Of a stretch of DNA of 64,000 nt, positions 10,085 to 21,498 are shown in pieces (position 1 is the first letter of the stretch; every line of letters starts with the position of its first letter). The notes beneath the pieces are model-generated. The model had not been told where the DNA came from. It searched no databases and was given only the letters and a program-made list of their open reading frames with translations. Both the position numbers and the translations under genes were made by a program. The stretch is from Candidatus Dojkabacteria bacterium (GTDB taxonomy: Bacteria; Patescibacteriota; Dojkabacteria; SC72; T1SED10-24): NCBI GenBank assembly GCA_003554185.1, contig PWFU01000029.1:298-64297 (forward strand), written 5' to 3'.

Positions 10085-11416
10085 CTACTTAAGTAATCTC
10101 GTTATTTCTTCAGGTCTAGGAGCAATCTCCTGGGCCTTTTCAACCGTAATAGAGCCATCTCTGACTAATCTAACCAAAGAAGTTTCTAAAGACATCATAC
10201 CAACATCCGCACTGGTCATTATAATGTTATCAAGTTGATGAGTTTTACCCTCCCTTATTAAATTCCTAACAGCATTAGTAGCTATCATAATTTCAGAAGC
10301 TGCTTTTCTACCTCCTCCTTTAATAGGAACTAATCTTTGAGCAATAACTGCTTCAATGGTATTAGATAATTGTGCTCTAACTTGAGCTTGCTGGTGTTCT
10401 GGGAAAACATCAATAATACGATCAACAGTCTGTGGAGCACTATTTGTATGCAAAGTAGCAAAAACTAAGTGACCTGTCTCAGCCAAAGTTATAGCTGCAG
10501 AGATAGTTTCATAGTCTCTCATCTCACCAACAAGAATAATATCAGGATCTTGTCTCATCGCACTCTTTAGAGCAACTTCCCAAGAATGTGTATCATCATG
10601 CATCTCACGCTGATCCACCATTGCTTTCCCTTTAGGTAATATATATTCAATAGGGTCTTCAATAGTAATTATGTGTGCTGGTCTAGTTAAATTCGCATCC
10701 TGAAGCATAGCCGCTAAAGTAGTCGTTTTACCATGTCCAGTAGGACCAGTTACTAAAACAAGACCTTGTCCAAGTTTTGCAAAATTATAGTAGATTTCAG
10801 GCAAACCTAACTCTTCTATTGTCTTGATTTCATCAGGAATTTTTCTAAGAGCAGCAGAGACCATCTCTCTTTGATAAAAAGCATTAACCCTAAATCTTGC
10901 TTTCTCTGTATGTGAATATGCTAAATCAACTTCACGATTAATATCAAGAAGTTCTTTTTTATCTTCTTTTAATATCCCATTGACCATCTCAAAGGTGTCA
11001 TCAGGAGTTAATATCTCACTGCCAACAGGCTGTAATGAACCATCTACTCTAATCATTGCCGGATAACCAGAAGTCAAGTGTAAATCTGAAGCATCTTTCT
11101 CAATTACTAAGTCCAACAAATATTCCATGGTATAAGGGTATTTCTCTGGTGTATAAAAACCTTGCTCTAAATCCTGTCCTGAACGAGTAGCCTGTGTGTT
11201 TTCCTTTTCCCCTTGAGACTGAGTTTGTTGTTGCGTTTGTTGTTGTACTGGTTGCTGAGGCTGAGGTTGTGGTTGAGATTGCCCAACTTGGTTTGCAGAC
11301 TGTGGACCTTGTTGATTAGGTTGTGGTGGCTGAGGCGGAGTAGGAGCAGCTTGCTGTTGAGGATTATTCCCAACTTGTGAACTCATATTGTTATTTTGGT
11401 TTAAATTTTGTTCCAT
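10085..11416 (-). CDS. pilT: Pilus retraction ATPase PilT with a Gln/Pro-rich N-terminal extension
   Basis: ASDLHL, GPTGHGKTTT, TIEDPIE, MRQDPDIILVGEMRD, AETGHLVFATLHT, AVRNLIRE. Confidence 0.95.
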   Translation of the reverse strand: MEQNLNQNNNMSSQVGNNPQQQAAPTPPQPPQPNQQGPQSANQVGQSQPQPQPQQPVQQQTQQQTQSQGEKENTQATRSGQDLEQGFYTPEKYPYTMEYLLDLVIEKDASDLHLTSGYPAMIRVDGSLQPVGSEILTPDDTFEMVNGILKEDKKELLDINREVDLAYSHTEKARFRVNAFYQREMVSAALRKIPDEIKTIEELGLPEIYYNFAKLGQGLVLVTGPTGHGKTTTLAAMLQDANLTRPAHIITIEDPIEYILPKGKAMVDQREMHDDTHSWEVALKSAMRQDPDIILVGEMRDYETISAAITLAETGHLVFATLHTNSAPQTVDRIIDVFPEHQQAQVRAQLSNTIEAVIAQRLVPIKGGGRKAASEIMIATNAVRNLIREGKTHQLDNIIMTSADVGMMSLETSLVRLVRDGSITVEKAQEIAPRPEEITRLLK

Positions 11417-11468
11417 ATGGTTTCTAGTTTACTAAATTAAGATACTACATTCAAATTTTAAAAACAAC

Positions 11469-13274
11469 CTATTCCATAGTAACCCTCAATACTTCATCTA
11501 TCGTAGTAATTCCCTCTAATGCCCTTAAGTAGCCATCCTGAGTCATTTTAACCATACCACCTTTAATCGCAACTTTTTCAAATTCTGAGGCAAGTGAATT
11601 CTTCAACATCATAGGCCCCATTTCTTCCGTAGTTACCAAAACTTCGAAAACAGCTATTCTACCAGAGTAACCAGTATAACCACATGACTCACAACCCTTT
11701 CCTCTATACAAATAAAACATCTTATTACCACTTTCATCACTAAAAGGGCATTTTACTGGAGGTGATTTATCATCCTGCGCAGTATTTTGACAAACCTGAT
11801 TTGCATAATTAAATGGATCAAAGTTGGGTATAGAAGATAATGTTTCTTGGATATCTTGAACAACCTCTTTAGCTGGTACATAAGCTTCAAAACATTCGGT
11901 ACATATACGCCTTGGCAAACGCTGAGCAACTGCACACTTAAGTGTTGAAGATAGTAGATATGGCTCAACACCCATTTCTATTAATCTAGCGATAGAAGCT
12001 GCGGCACTATTGGTATGCAAGGTTGCTAATACTAAATGCCCCGTTAAGGAAGCCTCAACAGCCAAATCCGCAGTCTCCTGGTCACGAATTTCACCAACCA
12101 TTACGATATCGGGATCTTGCCTTAATACGGATCTTAAGCCTTTAGCAAATGTTAAACCTGCATCCGGATTTATATTCACCTGAGTCACACCAGAGATTCT
12201 AATCTCTACAGGATTTTCTAAAGTAATAATATTAACCTCGGGAGTATTAATACGATCAAGAGAAGAGGATAAAGTTCTAGTTTTACCACTACCTGTAGGT
12301 CCTGTTACCAATATAATGCCGTTAGTTGCTTTAATAGATTCAACATACCTTTCAAACGCGGTCCCTCTCAAACCAGAAGTCTCTAATTTTGGGACACCTT
12401 GTGATATATCTAACAACCTCATTACAACTTTCTCATCATATATTGTTGGCATGGTAGAAACACGTACATCTAGTTTTCTGCCTTGCGATTTTATTTGAAT
12501 TCTACCATCTTGAGGGACTCTCTTCTCATCTATTTTTAATCTAGAAATAATTTTCACCCTTGCAATCACCGCAGCAGCAGTGTTCTTAGGTAAAGATAAT
12601 TTCTCACTCAACACACCGTCTATCCTAAACCTCACTCTTAATCTTTCTTCCAAAGGCTCTATGTGAATATCAGAAGCCCCTGTTTTCATAGCAAACTGCA
12701 GGATTGAATTTACAATTCTAGCTACAGGAGCACCAACTAAATTTTCATTACTTAAAGAATCAACTTCTTCTGAATCCAGATCAGTAACTTCAGAATCAAC
12801 ATCCTCCAAAGCATCCGAAACCTCGGAGGAAATTGTCTGCCCCATAAGCTTGTCAAACGTTGAATCCAGAGAAGACCGCGTAGTTATATGCACCTTAAAG
12901 GGAAGTTCTTTTTTCATTTGAACTTTAAGAGATTGTAATGCTTGAACATCAAAAGGATTAAGCATTGCAACTTTAATTTCTGATTCTGTAATCTCAAATG
13001 GAACCGCACGAAGATTTTTAAGCGATCGAATATTTAGACCGGAAACTATCTCATCATATATTGTTACATTCTCAAGGTTGATGTAAGGGATATTGAACAT
13101 CTCAGACTTTGCCTTTGCTATGGTCTCCTCATTAACCAAATTCATTTGCAAAAGCAACTCCTCTTCACTTTTACGTGTTTTGGATTGCTCAACCCTTACC
13201 TTGTTTGCAGACTCAACATCAACTATCTTTTTTTCAACCAAATAACCTAATATGCTCCTGTTGGGATTTGCCAT
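11469..13274 (-). CDS. pilB: Pilus assembly ATPase PilB/GspE
   Basis: ASDIHIEP, PQDGR, GPTGSGKT, LRQDPDIVMVGEIRD, CTEC...CESC. Confidence 0.95.
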   Translation of the reverse strand: MANPNRSILGYLVEKKIVDVESANKVRVEQSKTRKSEEELLLQMNLVNEETIAKAKSEMFNIPYINLENVTIYDEIVSGLNIRSLKNLRAVPFEITESEIKVAMLNPFDVQALQSLKVQMKKELPFKVHITTRSSLDSTFDKLMGQTISSEVSDALEDVDSEVTDLDSEEVDSLSNENLVGAPVARIVNSILQFAMKTGASDIHIEPLEERLRVRFRIDGVLSEKLSLPKNTAAAVIARVKIISRLKIDEKRVPQDGRIQIKSQGRKLDVRVSTMPTIYDEKVVMRLLDISQGVPKLETSGLRGTAFERYVESIKATNGIILVTGPTGSGKTRTLSSSLDRINTPEVNIITLENPVEIRISGVTQVNINPDAGLTFAKGLRSVLRQDPDIVMVGEIRDQETADLAVEASLTGHLVLATLHTNSAAASIARLIEMGVEPYLLSSTLKCAVAQRLPRRICTECFEAYVPAKEVVQDIQETLSSIPNFDPFNYANQVCQNTAQDDKSPPVKCPFSDESGNKMFYLYRGKGCESCGYTGYSGRIAVFEVLVTTEEMGPMMLKNSLASEFEKVAIKGGMVKMTQDGYLRALEGITTIDEVLRVTME

Positions 13275-13311
13275 TAATCATTTTGTGTTAAAATAATCTT
13301 CATACTCTTTA

Positions 13312-13346
13312 AGAGTACTAAAAAGCCCTATGACCGTCAAGTCATA
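13312..13346 (-). promoter_or_regulatory. Promoter of the pilB operon with an inverted repeat flanking the -35 box
   Basis: TTGACG (13340-13335)-N17-TACTCT; TATGAC-N6-GTCATA at 13329-13346. Confidence 0.55.
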
Positions 13347-13370
13347 TAGTGTGTTAGAATCTATATACAA

Positions 13371-14060
13371 ATGACATACCTAATAATCAACACAGATGAA
13401 TATGTTGCAATAAAAGAAGTGATAAACCTCATTAATTCATATATAGGGGCTTCTTTTAAAGAGCCTGAAGACATACTGGATAAACCAGACTTTCACATAG
13501 TTCAACCGGGAGAAAAGGGGAATATAACGATAGAACAAAGCAAAGAATTGCAGAGGAATATAATATACACACCTTTCGAAAATCAATATCAATTCGGCAT
13601 TATTCTAAATGCAGAATCTATGACTCAAGAAGCACAAAACTCATTATTAAAAACTTTAGAGGAAAAAGAAGAAAACACCATTCTCATTTTAACAACAAAC
13701 AATGAAAAGTCTGTATTAGAAACAATACTATCAAGATGCACAAGAATCTATCCTAAACAAAGTAAGAGTAATAATATTCAAAAAGGCTATTTTGAAATTG
13801 AGCAGTTTTTAGAAAAACAAATATATGAAAAAATATCTCAGGTAGAAGAAATTGTAAAGGAAGATAATGTACAAAACTTTCTTGATGAATTAATAAGATA
13901 TTTTAAAGAAAAATATGAAGAAAAAATATTTAATAACGAAAGTTATACAAAAGAATTAAAAAACCTAGAAATTCTAAGAGAAGCAAAATTTAGAATAGAA
14001 AAGAACGTAAACAAAAAGGTTGCTTTAGAACACATATGCTTCCAAATAGATAAGGATTGA
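13371..14060 (+). CDS. holB: DNA polymerase III delta-prime subunit (short form)
   Basis: KPDFH, AESMTQEAQNSLLKTLEE, ETILSRC. Confidence 0.85.
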   Translation: MTYLIINTDEYVAIKEVINLINSYIGASFKEPEDILDKPDFHIVQPGEKGNITIEQSKELQRNIIYTPFENQYQFGIILNAESMTQEAQNSLLKTLEEKEENTILILTTNNEKSVLETILSRCTRIYPKQSKSNNIQKGYFEIEQFLEKQIYEKISQVEEIVKEDNVQNFLDELIRYFKEKYEEKIFNNESYTKELKNLEILREAKFRIEKNVNKKVALEHICFQIDKD

Positions 14061-14138
14061 TGTATGATAATAATGAAAAATTTCAAATCTTTATGTATAA
14101 TGTGATATATTAACAAGGAATTTTTCTAATTCCGTTAA

Positions 14139-16064
<1,926 letters not shown>

Positions 16065-16073
16065 AAAAAATAT

Positions 16074-16892
16074 ATGAATTTAAACATAATTGACAAATTA
16101 ACAAACGAAGGATTAAAGTTTCCTTTCGACAAACCTGATTGGTTTAATACCTTTGGTATCTATTGTTTAATAAATCTTGTCTCTGTAATCATATGGACTG
16201 GTATATTTATAGGGGGATACTTTGGACTAATCTTCCTAGCAGGCTTAGACTTAACATCAATATCTCTCATATTATTAATACCTTTATCCATTGTAATAAT
16301 AATTTTAATATTAATTTCACTCTATTTAGGTGGATATAACTTGGAAATGATGAAGAATATAAAAGAGGATAAGGAAGTTAAAAAGCCAGAACATAAAAAT
16401 ATTGGATACAAATTAAAGCTAGGTCTGTGCAAAATTATAATACAAGCAGTCGTAAGTATATTAATGGTAATTTTTTTCGCTGCAGCAGGTGTTCTGATAA
16501 TATGGGGTATAGCTTTAACAGCGGATCTACCAATAGCAGGTATACCAATAGCGATCATAGGATTACTCTTCACCCTTTTCTTCATTGCACTAACCCTGTA
16601 CTTTCAAGGTATAGGAGTGCCCATAATGATATACAATTTCCTTGATTCGGGCTCACTGGGTAGAGCTTTCAATACAGAAAATATTATCAGAGGTACTAGA
16701 AATGCTTGGCAAAATCTATTAATAATATATTTGCTTAGTATTGTTGGTACTATCATTACAGGAGTACTTACACAGATTCCATGCATCGGATTTTTGCTAC
16801 AATTAGTTGCCTTACCATATATTGTTTTTGTAGTTTCGTTCCTAACAGGAACAGTTTATTATCATTTACAACCTAAAACTAAAATAAAGTAA
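16074..16892 (+). CDS. Polytopic membrane protein, DUF4013-like
   Basis: GLKFPF N-terminus, LGGYNL..., SGSLGRAFN; several TM helices. Confidence 0.6.
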   Translation: MNLNIIDKLTNEGLKFPFDKPDWFNTFGIYCLINLVSVIIWTGIFIGGYFGLIFLAGLDLTSISLILLIPLSIVIIILILISLYLGGYNLEMMKNIKEDKEVKKPEHKNIGYKLKLGLCKIIIQAVVSILMVIFFAAAGVLIIWGIALTADLPIAGIPIAIIGLLFTLFFIALTLYFQGIGVPIMIYNFLDSGSLGRAFNTENIIRGTRNAWQNLLIIYLLSIVGTIITGVLTQIPCIGFLLQLVALPYIVFVVSFLTGTVYYHLQPKTKIK

Positions 16893-16901
16893 CAGACATT
16901 T

Positions 16902-19604
16902 ATGAATCAAGAAGAAGAAAAAGACGTAAACGAAAAAGAATTTTACAATCCTTCATATGAGCCAGGTTCTGTTATACCTAGACCAATAGTAGATGAAATG
17001 AAAGCCAGCTACCTAGATTATTCTATGTCTGTAATAGTTTCAAGAGCATTACCAGAGGTAAAAGATGGTTTAAAACCTTCACAAAGAAGAATCCTAGTTT
17101 CAATGAATGACCTTGGATTAACACCTGGTGCAAATTACAGAAAATCTGCAAAAATTGCATCAGATACTTCAGGTAATTACCATCCACACGGTGAATCTAT
17201 AACATATCCAACTATGGTTAAACTAGCTCAAGACTTTTCAACTAGATATCCCTTAGTCGATGGGCAAGGGAATTTTGGTTCAATCGATGGGGATCCTCCT
17301 GCCGCCATGCGTTATACTGAAGCCAAAATGTCTAAATATACACTGGAGGTACTTCGTGAATTAGACAAGGGTACTGTAACTTATGTACAAAACTATGATG
17401 GTACGAGACTAGAACCAGAAGTATTGCCTTCTCTTTTCCCAAACCTCATATGTAATGGAAGTGATGGTATTGCTGTAGGTATGGCAACAAAAATACCACC
17501 TCATAATCTTACCGAAGTACTGAATGCATTAATCCACATGATTGAATTGGGAAATAAATGGGAAGGGAAATATATGTACAATGAGTTGAGAGAAGCTAGA
17601 GAAAAAGTTGAAGATATACCAAAAACTCTAGAATCTCACCCTCTTACATATCTCTCCAATTATGCATCTACCCAGGAAGAAAAGGAGAGCATAAAAGAGA
17701 GACTGAAGGAAGAACACCTCTATCCTGAATTTGAATCTGATATTACTCCAGAAGATCTAATTGAACATATACCTGGACCAGACTTTCCGACTGGAGGAAC
17801 AATTTATGACAAAAAAGAAATAATGAACATGTATGCTACAGGAAGGGGTAGAGTATTATGCAGAGCCAAAGCAGATATTGAAGAAGTAAAGGGTGGAAAA
17901 TACCAGATAGTTGTAACAGAAATACCATACCAGGTAAACAAAGCTCATTTGTTGGAAAAAATTGCACACTTAGTCAAAGAAAAAAAACTCATGGGAATAG
18001 CAGATATCAGAGACGAGTCCAATAGAGACGGCATGAGAATAATCATATCCATCAAGAAAGATGCCCAACCCAAAACCGTTCTAAACAACCTATACAAATA
18101 CACAGAAATGCAAAAGGCATTTAATTCAAATATGATCTCACTAGTGGACCAAGAACCAGCCACATTAAATCTAAAACGCATGCTCGAACTATTTCTTTCT
18201 TTTAGAATGACCGTGATTATAAGGAGGTATGAGTACGACCTCGCACAAGCCAAATACAGATCACACATCCTTGAAGGACTTCTTAAGGCTTTAGACATTT
18301 TAGATGAAATTATATCCACAATTAGAGGATCAAAAACACAGGAAGAAGCAAAAACAAATTTAATAGAGAAATACGAATTCACTTCAGTCCAAGCTCAAGC
18401 AATACTAGATATGCAACTTAGAAAACTCGCCGCATTAGAAAGACAAAAGATTTCTGATGAATATGAACAAATAAAGAAGGACATTCAAGATTGTTTAACT
18501 GTCTTAAATAGTCAAAATGAAATACTAAATGTCATCAAAAAGGAATTTCAATACCTAAAAGATAAATATGGAGACGAAAGAAGAAGTAAAGTTATTAAAG
18601 GAAAAGTAGATGAAATATCCGAAGAAGACCTTGTTCCATCAGAAGACACATTCATCACAATCAGTTACAAAGGATACGTAAAAAGATTAAGCCCAGAAAC
18701 ATACAGAACACAAAAAAGAGGAGGAAAAGGAGTAACTGGCGCAGTAACAAAAGAAGATGACTTCGTTAAACATGCATTGATGTGCAACACACATGATGAC
18801 TTAATGCTCTTTACAAATACAGGAAGAGTCCTCATAACAAAAGCATATGAAATACCTGAATACAGCAGAACTGCGAAAGGACTACCTATCATTAATTTAG
18901 TATCATTAAATCAAGACGAAATTATAACCAGTGTGTTAACCAGAAAATCTGAAGGAAAGATAGTAGGTGGTGATGAATCTGCACAAGAACAATCCAAACA
19001 ACCACAATGCCTATTCATGGCTACAAAAGATGGTACTGTTAAAAAGACAAAAATTGAAGATTTTTCAAAGATTCGATCCAGTGGTTTAATAGCAATAAAG
19101 CTAGATAAAAACGATGAACTGAAATGGGTTAAACCCACAACGGGAGAAGATGAAATAATTGTTGTTACCGCAATGGGTAGATCAATAAGGTTTAATGAAG
19201 AAGATGTAAGAAAAACTGGTAGAAATAGTAGGGGAGTAAGAGGCATCAAATTCAAATTTGACGGTGACGAAGTTATTTCAATGGATACTGTAGACAGTGA
19301 TAAAGACAAGTTATTCATTCTTTCAGAGAAGGGTTTTGGAAAAATGACTTTACTCAAAAATTACCCTACACAAAAAAGAGGAGGAACAGGTGTATTTACT
19401 TTTAGTGCAAAAGATAAAACAGGAAAAGTTGTTGGAGCTAGAAATATGGACTCTCCAGAGAAAGAGTTTGTAGTTGTTTCTAAAAAGGGAGTAGTTATTC
19501 GATCAGATATTCAAGACATACCTACTTTAGGAAGACAAACTTCTGGAGTAAGGATTATGAGATTAAGTGATGAAGATGAGGTAGCTGCATTTGCTTTAGT
19601 TTAG
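16902..19604 (+). CDS. gyrA: DNA gyrase subunit A
   Basis: [29 protein letters not shown] (catalytic Tyr), GyrA box QKRGGKG, C-terminal pinwheel repeats. Confidence 0.97.
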   Translation: MNQEEEKDVNEKEFYNPSYEPGSVIPRPIVDEMKASYLDYSMSVIVSRALPEVKDGLKPSQRRILVSMNDLGLTPGANYRKSAKIASDTSGNYHPHGESITYPTMVKLAQDFSTRYPLVDGQGNFGSIDGDPPAAMRYTEAKMSKYTLEVLRELDKGTVTYVQNYDGTRLEPEVLPSLFPNLICNGSDGIAVGMATKIPPHNLTEVLNALIHMIELGNKWEGKYMYNELREAREKVEDIPKTLESHPLTYLSNYASTQEEKESIKERLKEEHLYPEFESDITPEDLIEHIPGPDFPTGGTIYDKKEIMNMYATGRGRVLCRAKADIEEVKGGKYQIVVTEIPYQVNKAHLLEKIAHLVKEKKLMGIADIRDESNRDGMRIIISIKKDAQPKTVLNNLYKYTEMQKAFNSNMISLVDQEPATLNLKRMLELFLSFRMTVIIRRYEYDLAQAKYRSHILEGLLKALDILDEIISTIRGSKTQEEAKTNLIEKYEFTSVQAQAILDMQLRKLAALERQKISDEYEQIKKDIQDCLTVLNSQNEILNVIKKEFQYLKDKYGDERRSKVIKGKVDEISEEDLVPSEDTFITISYKGYVKRLSPETYRTQKRGGKGVTGAVTKEDDFVKHALMCNTHDDLMLFTNTGRVLITKAYEIPEYSRTAKGLPIINLVSLNQDEIITSVLTRKSEGKIVGGDESAQEQSKQPQCLFMATKDGTVKKTKIEDFSKIRSSGLIAIKLDKNDELKWVKPTTGEDEIIVVTAMGRSIRFNEEDVRKTGRNSRGVRGIKFKFDGDEVISMDTVDSDKDKLFILSEKGFGKMTLLKNYPTQKRGGTGVFTFSAKDKTGKVVGARNMDSPEKEFVVVSKKGVVIRSDIQDIPTLGRQTSGVRIMRLSDEDEVAAFALV

Positions 19605-19611
19605 TTATTTT

Positions 19612-20262
19612 ATGACAGAAGACAGAAATGTAAAAAACTTCTTTTCAAACGCATATTTCACTATAGGGATGATATTAATTATTCTTGCAACAACACTAAT
19701 TATAATTTCAAAATATCCACATATTTGGTACACCTTAGATATACACTCAACAGAAGGTGAAATTGAAGCATTAACTAATCCAATAGAAGAAGACTACAAA
19801 GCTTTCAAAGACAGATTAAAAGAAGACAAAGAAGAAGACAAACTTCCCCCAATAGACCCAGAATTACCAGAAGAAAATACCGTTAAAATACCAAAAATAG
19901 GTGTAAATACAACTATCTATGAAGGAGAAAACTATGAAGAACTTCTAAAGAAAGGAGCTTGGAGAGTTCCCAATCTAGGTACTCCAAAAGATAATACTAC
20001 TATGATTCTTTCTGCACACAGGTTCGGATACATTTTCTGGAGTGATGAAGAAAGGACAGAAAAATCTTTCTATAATTTACCAAGTACTAGGGAAGGGGAT
20101 AGAATAAAAGTGATATGGAACCAAAGAAAATATGAATACGAAATATATAATGCAGAAGAGACTAGAGAAATAACAGATGCGGATGCAGATTTAATACTCT
20201 ATACTTGCAAACTATATAACTCGCCCATAAGGATTTTCAGGTATGCAGATAGAGTAGAATAG
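19612..20262 (+). CDS. Sortase-family transpeptidase
   Basis: N-terminal TM; VKIPKIGV, SAHRFGY (His), LYTC (Cys), PIRIF (Arg). Confidence 0.9.
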   Translation: MTEDRNVKNFFSNAYFTIGMILIILATTLIIISKYPHIWYTLDIHSTEGEIEALTNPIEEDYKAFKDRLKEDKEEDKLPPIDPELPEENTVKIPKIGVNTTIYEGENYEELLKKGAWRVPNLGTPKDNTTMILSAHRFGYIFWSDEERTEKSFYNLPSTREGDRIKVIWNQRKYEYEIYNAEETREITDADADLILYTCKLYNSPIRIFRYADRVE

Positions 20263-20314
20263 CATTATAACTCACCCCAACTTTAAGTAATAGCAACTTC
20301 TTATAATAAGCATA

Positions 20315-20343
20315 TTGACAAATATATGGCCCGATAGTATAAT
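20315..20343 (+). promoter_or_regulatory. Consensus sigma70 promoter
   Basis: TTGACA-N17-TATAAT, perfect match. Confidence 0.85.
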
Positions 20344-20373
20344 TCTACTACTTAATTTAAAAGTATTAAAGAT

Positions 20374-20592
20374 ATGAAAGCACTAACAACTGTTCTTACA
20401 TTCTCAGCATTCCTTGCTATGCAGGCTCCTGCTTTAGCTAAGGAACAAGGTATAACACCTTACGACCATATGCCTGTAGACACTTTTATAGCAGGTTTTC
20501 CACTTGAATCTTTAGTTTTACTAGGTCTTTTTGCTTATGCTCTAGGTGTCCTATACATCTTTAGCGCTGTTCATCTAAAGAACAAAAAGTAA
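20374..20592 (+). CDS. 72-aa protein: signal peptide, short linker, C-terminal TM and basic tail (candidate sortase substrate)
   Basis: AxA site PALA|KE; HMPVDT; LVLLGLFAYALGVLYIFSAV; KNKK; perfect promoter upstream. Confidence 0.75.
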   Translation: MKALTTVLTFSAFLAMQAPALAKEQGITPYDHMPVDTFIAGFPLESLVLLGLFAYALGVLYIFSAVHLKNKK

Positions 20593-20611
20593 AAAAATAA
20601 AGAAGGATATC

Positions 20612-20643
20612 TTCAAGATAATATCTTAGTATATTATCTTGAA
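20612..20643. repeat. Perfect 13-bp inverted repeat (terminator or operator)
   Basis: TTCAAGATAATAT-cttagt-ATATTATCTTGAA. Confidence 0.7.
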
Positions 20644-20645
20644 TA

Positions 20646-20806
20646 GTCTCTTTCTTTTTAAGAAAGGACGCTCTTTAACAAGCTGAATAGGTTTCTATAC
20701 TCCTTTATACTCCTATCTAGCAAATAGTAATTAAATATTTATTTGATTGTTTTTTGCTGGATAGGGGGTGTTTTTTAAAAAAACAAAAAAAAGGAGGTGT
20801 TATAGA
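20646..20806 (+). promoter_or_regulatory. Structured 5' leader: boxB-like hairpin, boxA, long hairpin and anti-SD helix
   Basis: Hairpin 20646-20669; CGCTCTTTAACA at 20669-20680; hairpin 20707-20771 with G-U pairs; TCTATACTCCTTT (20694-20706) pairs with AAAGGAG..TATAGA (20790-20806). Confidence 0.7.
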
Positions 20807-21337
20807 ATGGAAAACGAAGAGACCAAAGTTAAAGAAGAAACAGCTGAAAGCACTACTTCCGCCACAAATTCCACGAAGAATTTGGTTATCGGGCTTTGCG
20901 GAGCCCTTGTTCTCCTGGTTGTCTTGTTGGTGGGATTATATTACATACTCCCGGATCCCGGGACTGTAACCCAAGAGCAAGCCCAGGCCCAACTTCAGAA
21001 GGGAGGTATTGTACCGGCGGATGATGTTGCTAGTGTTGCTGATGTAGATGTAGAGGAGAAGGTTGGAGGTCAAAAAGACCTCTATGTCACAACCTTCGTC
21101 GAAGGTTGGGATGAAAGAGGGAAGATGGTCGACGCTGGGACTCAGATCACCAACGGTCCAGCTTTGATCGACCTTGGAGGAGGCAAAGCCAAGTACGTCG
21201 GAGAGAATGAAGAACTTACCCTCAAGGAGCCAACCTTGATTTGGTTGTATAATTCGTCCGACGCGAAGATGCAGGGGGAATTTCTTTTTTTCGACCAAGT
21301 AGTAGATATCAGCGGTAACACGCTGTATCAAAGGTAG
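20807..21337 (+). CDS. Hypothetical single-pass membrane protein (176 aa), GC-rich relative to neighbours
   Basis: AAGGAGGT 8 nt before ATG 20807; TM LVIGLCGALVLLVVLLVGLYYIL; sampled 60-nt lines 40-57% GC. Confidence 0.8.
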   Translation: MENEETKVKEETAESTTSATNSTKNLVIGLCGALVLLVVLLVGLYYILPDPGTVTQEQAQAQLQKGGIVPADDVASVADVDVEEKVGGQKDLYVTTFVEGWDERGKMVDAGTQITNGPALIDLGGGKAKYVGENEELTLKEPTLIWLYNSSDAKMQGEFLFFDQVVDISGNTLYQR

Positions 21338-21402
21338 TCGAAACCCACCCCCTTCCCGTTATTTCATCCTCATTTTATCACCCCTATTCAGCACCACAAA
21401 TC

Positions 21403-21498
21403 TCGTGGGATCCTTGTAAATCGACAAAAGTCGACGTATTGTTTAAATTTAGTCCCAAAAGGACAAAAAAAAATAAACATACGCCAAGGATCCCACGA
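21403..21498 (+). other. Branched stem-loop element (3' trailer or possible ncRNA)
   Basis: 14-bp perfect closing stem TCGTGGGATCCTTG/CAAGGATCCCACGA; inner TCGAC-aaaa-GTCGA, CGTAT(T)GTTTA/TAAACATACG and GTCC-caaaa-GGAC. Confidence 0.7.

Noticed and set aside
17540..17740. Intein in GyrA
   Set aside because: Too short and lacks the Cys/Ser start and His-Asn end.
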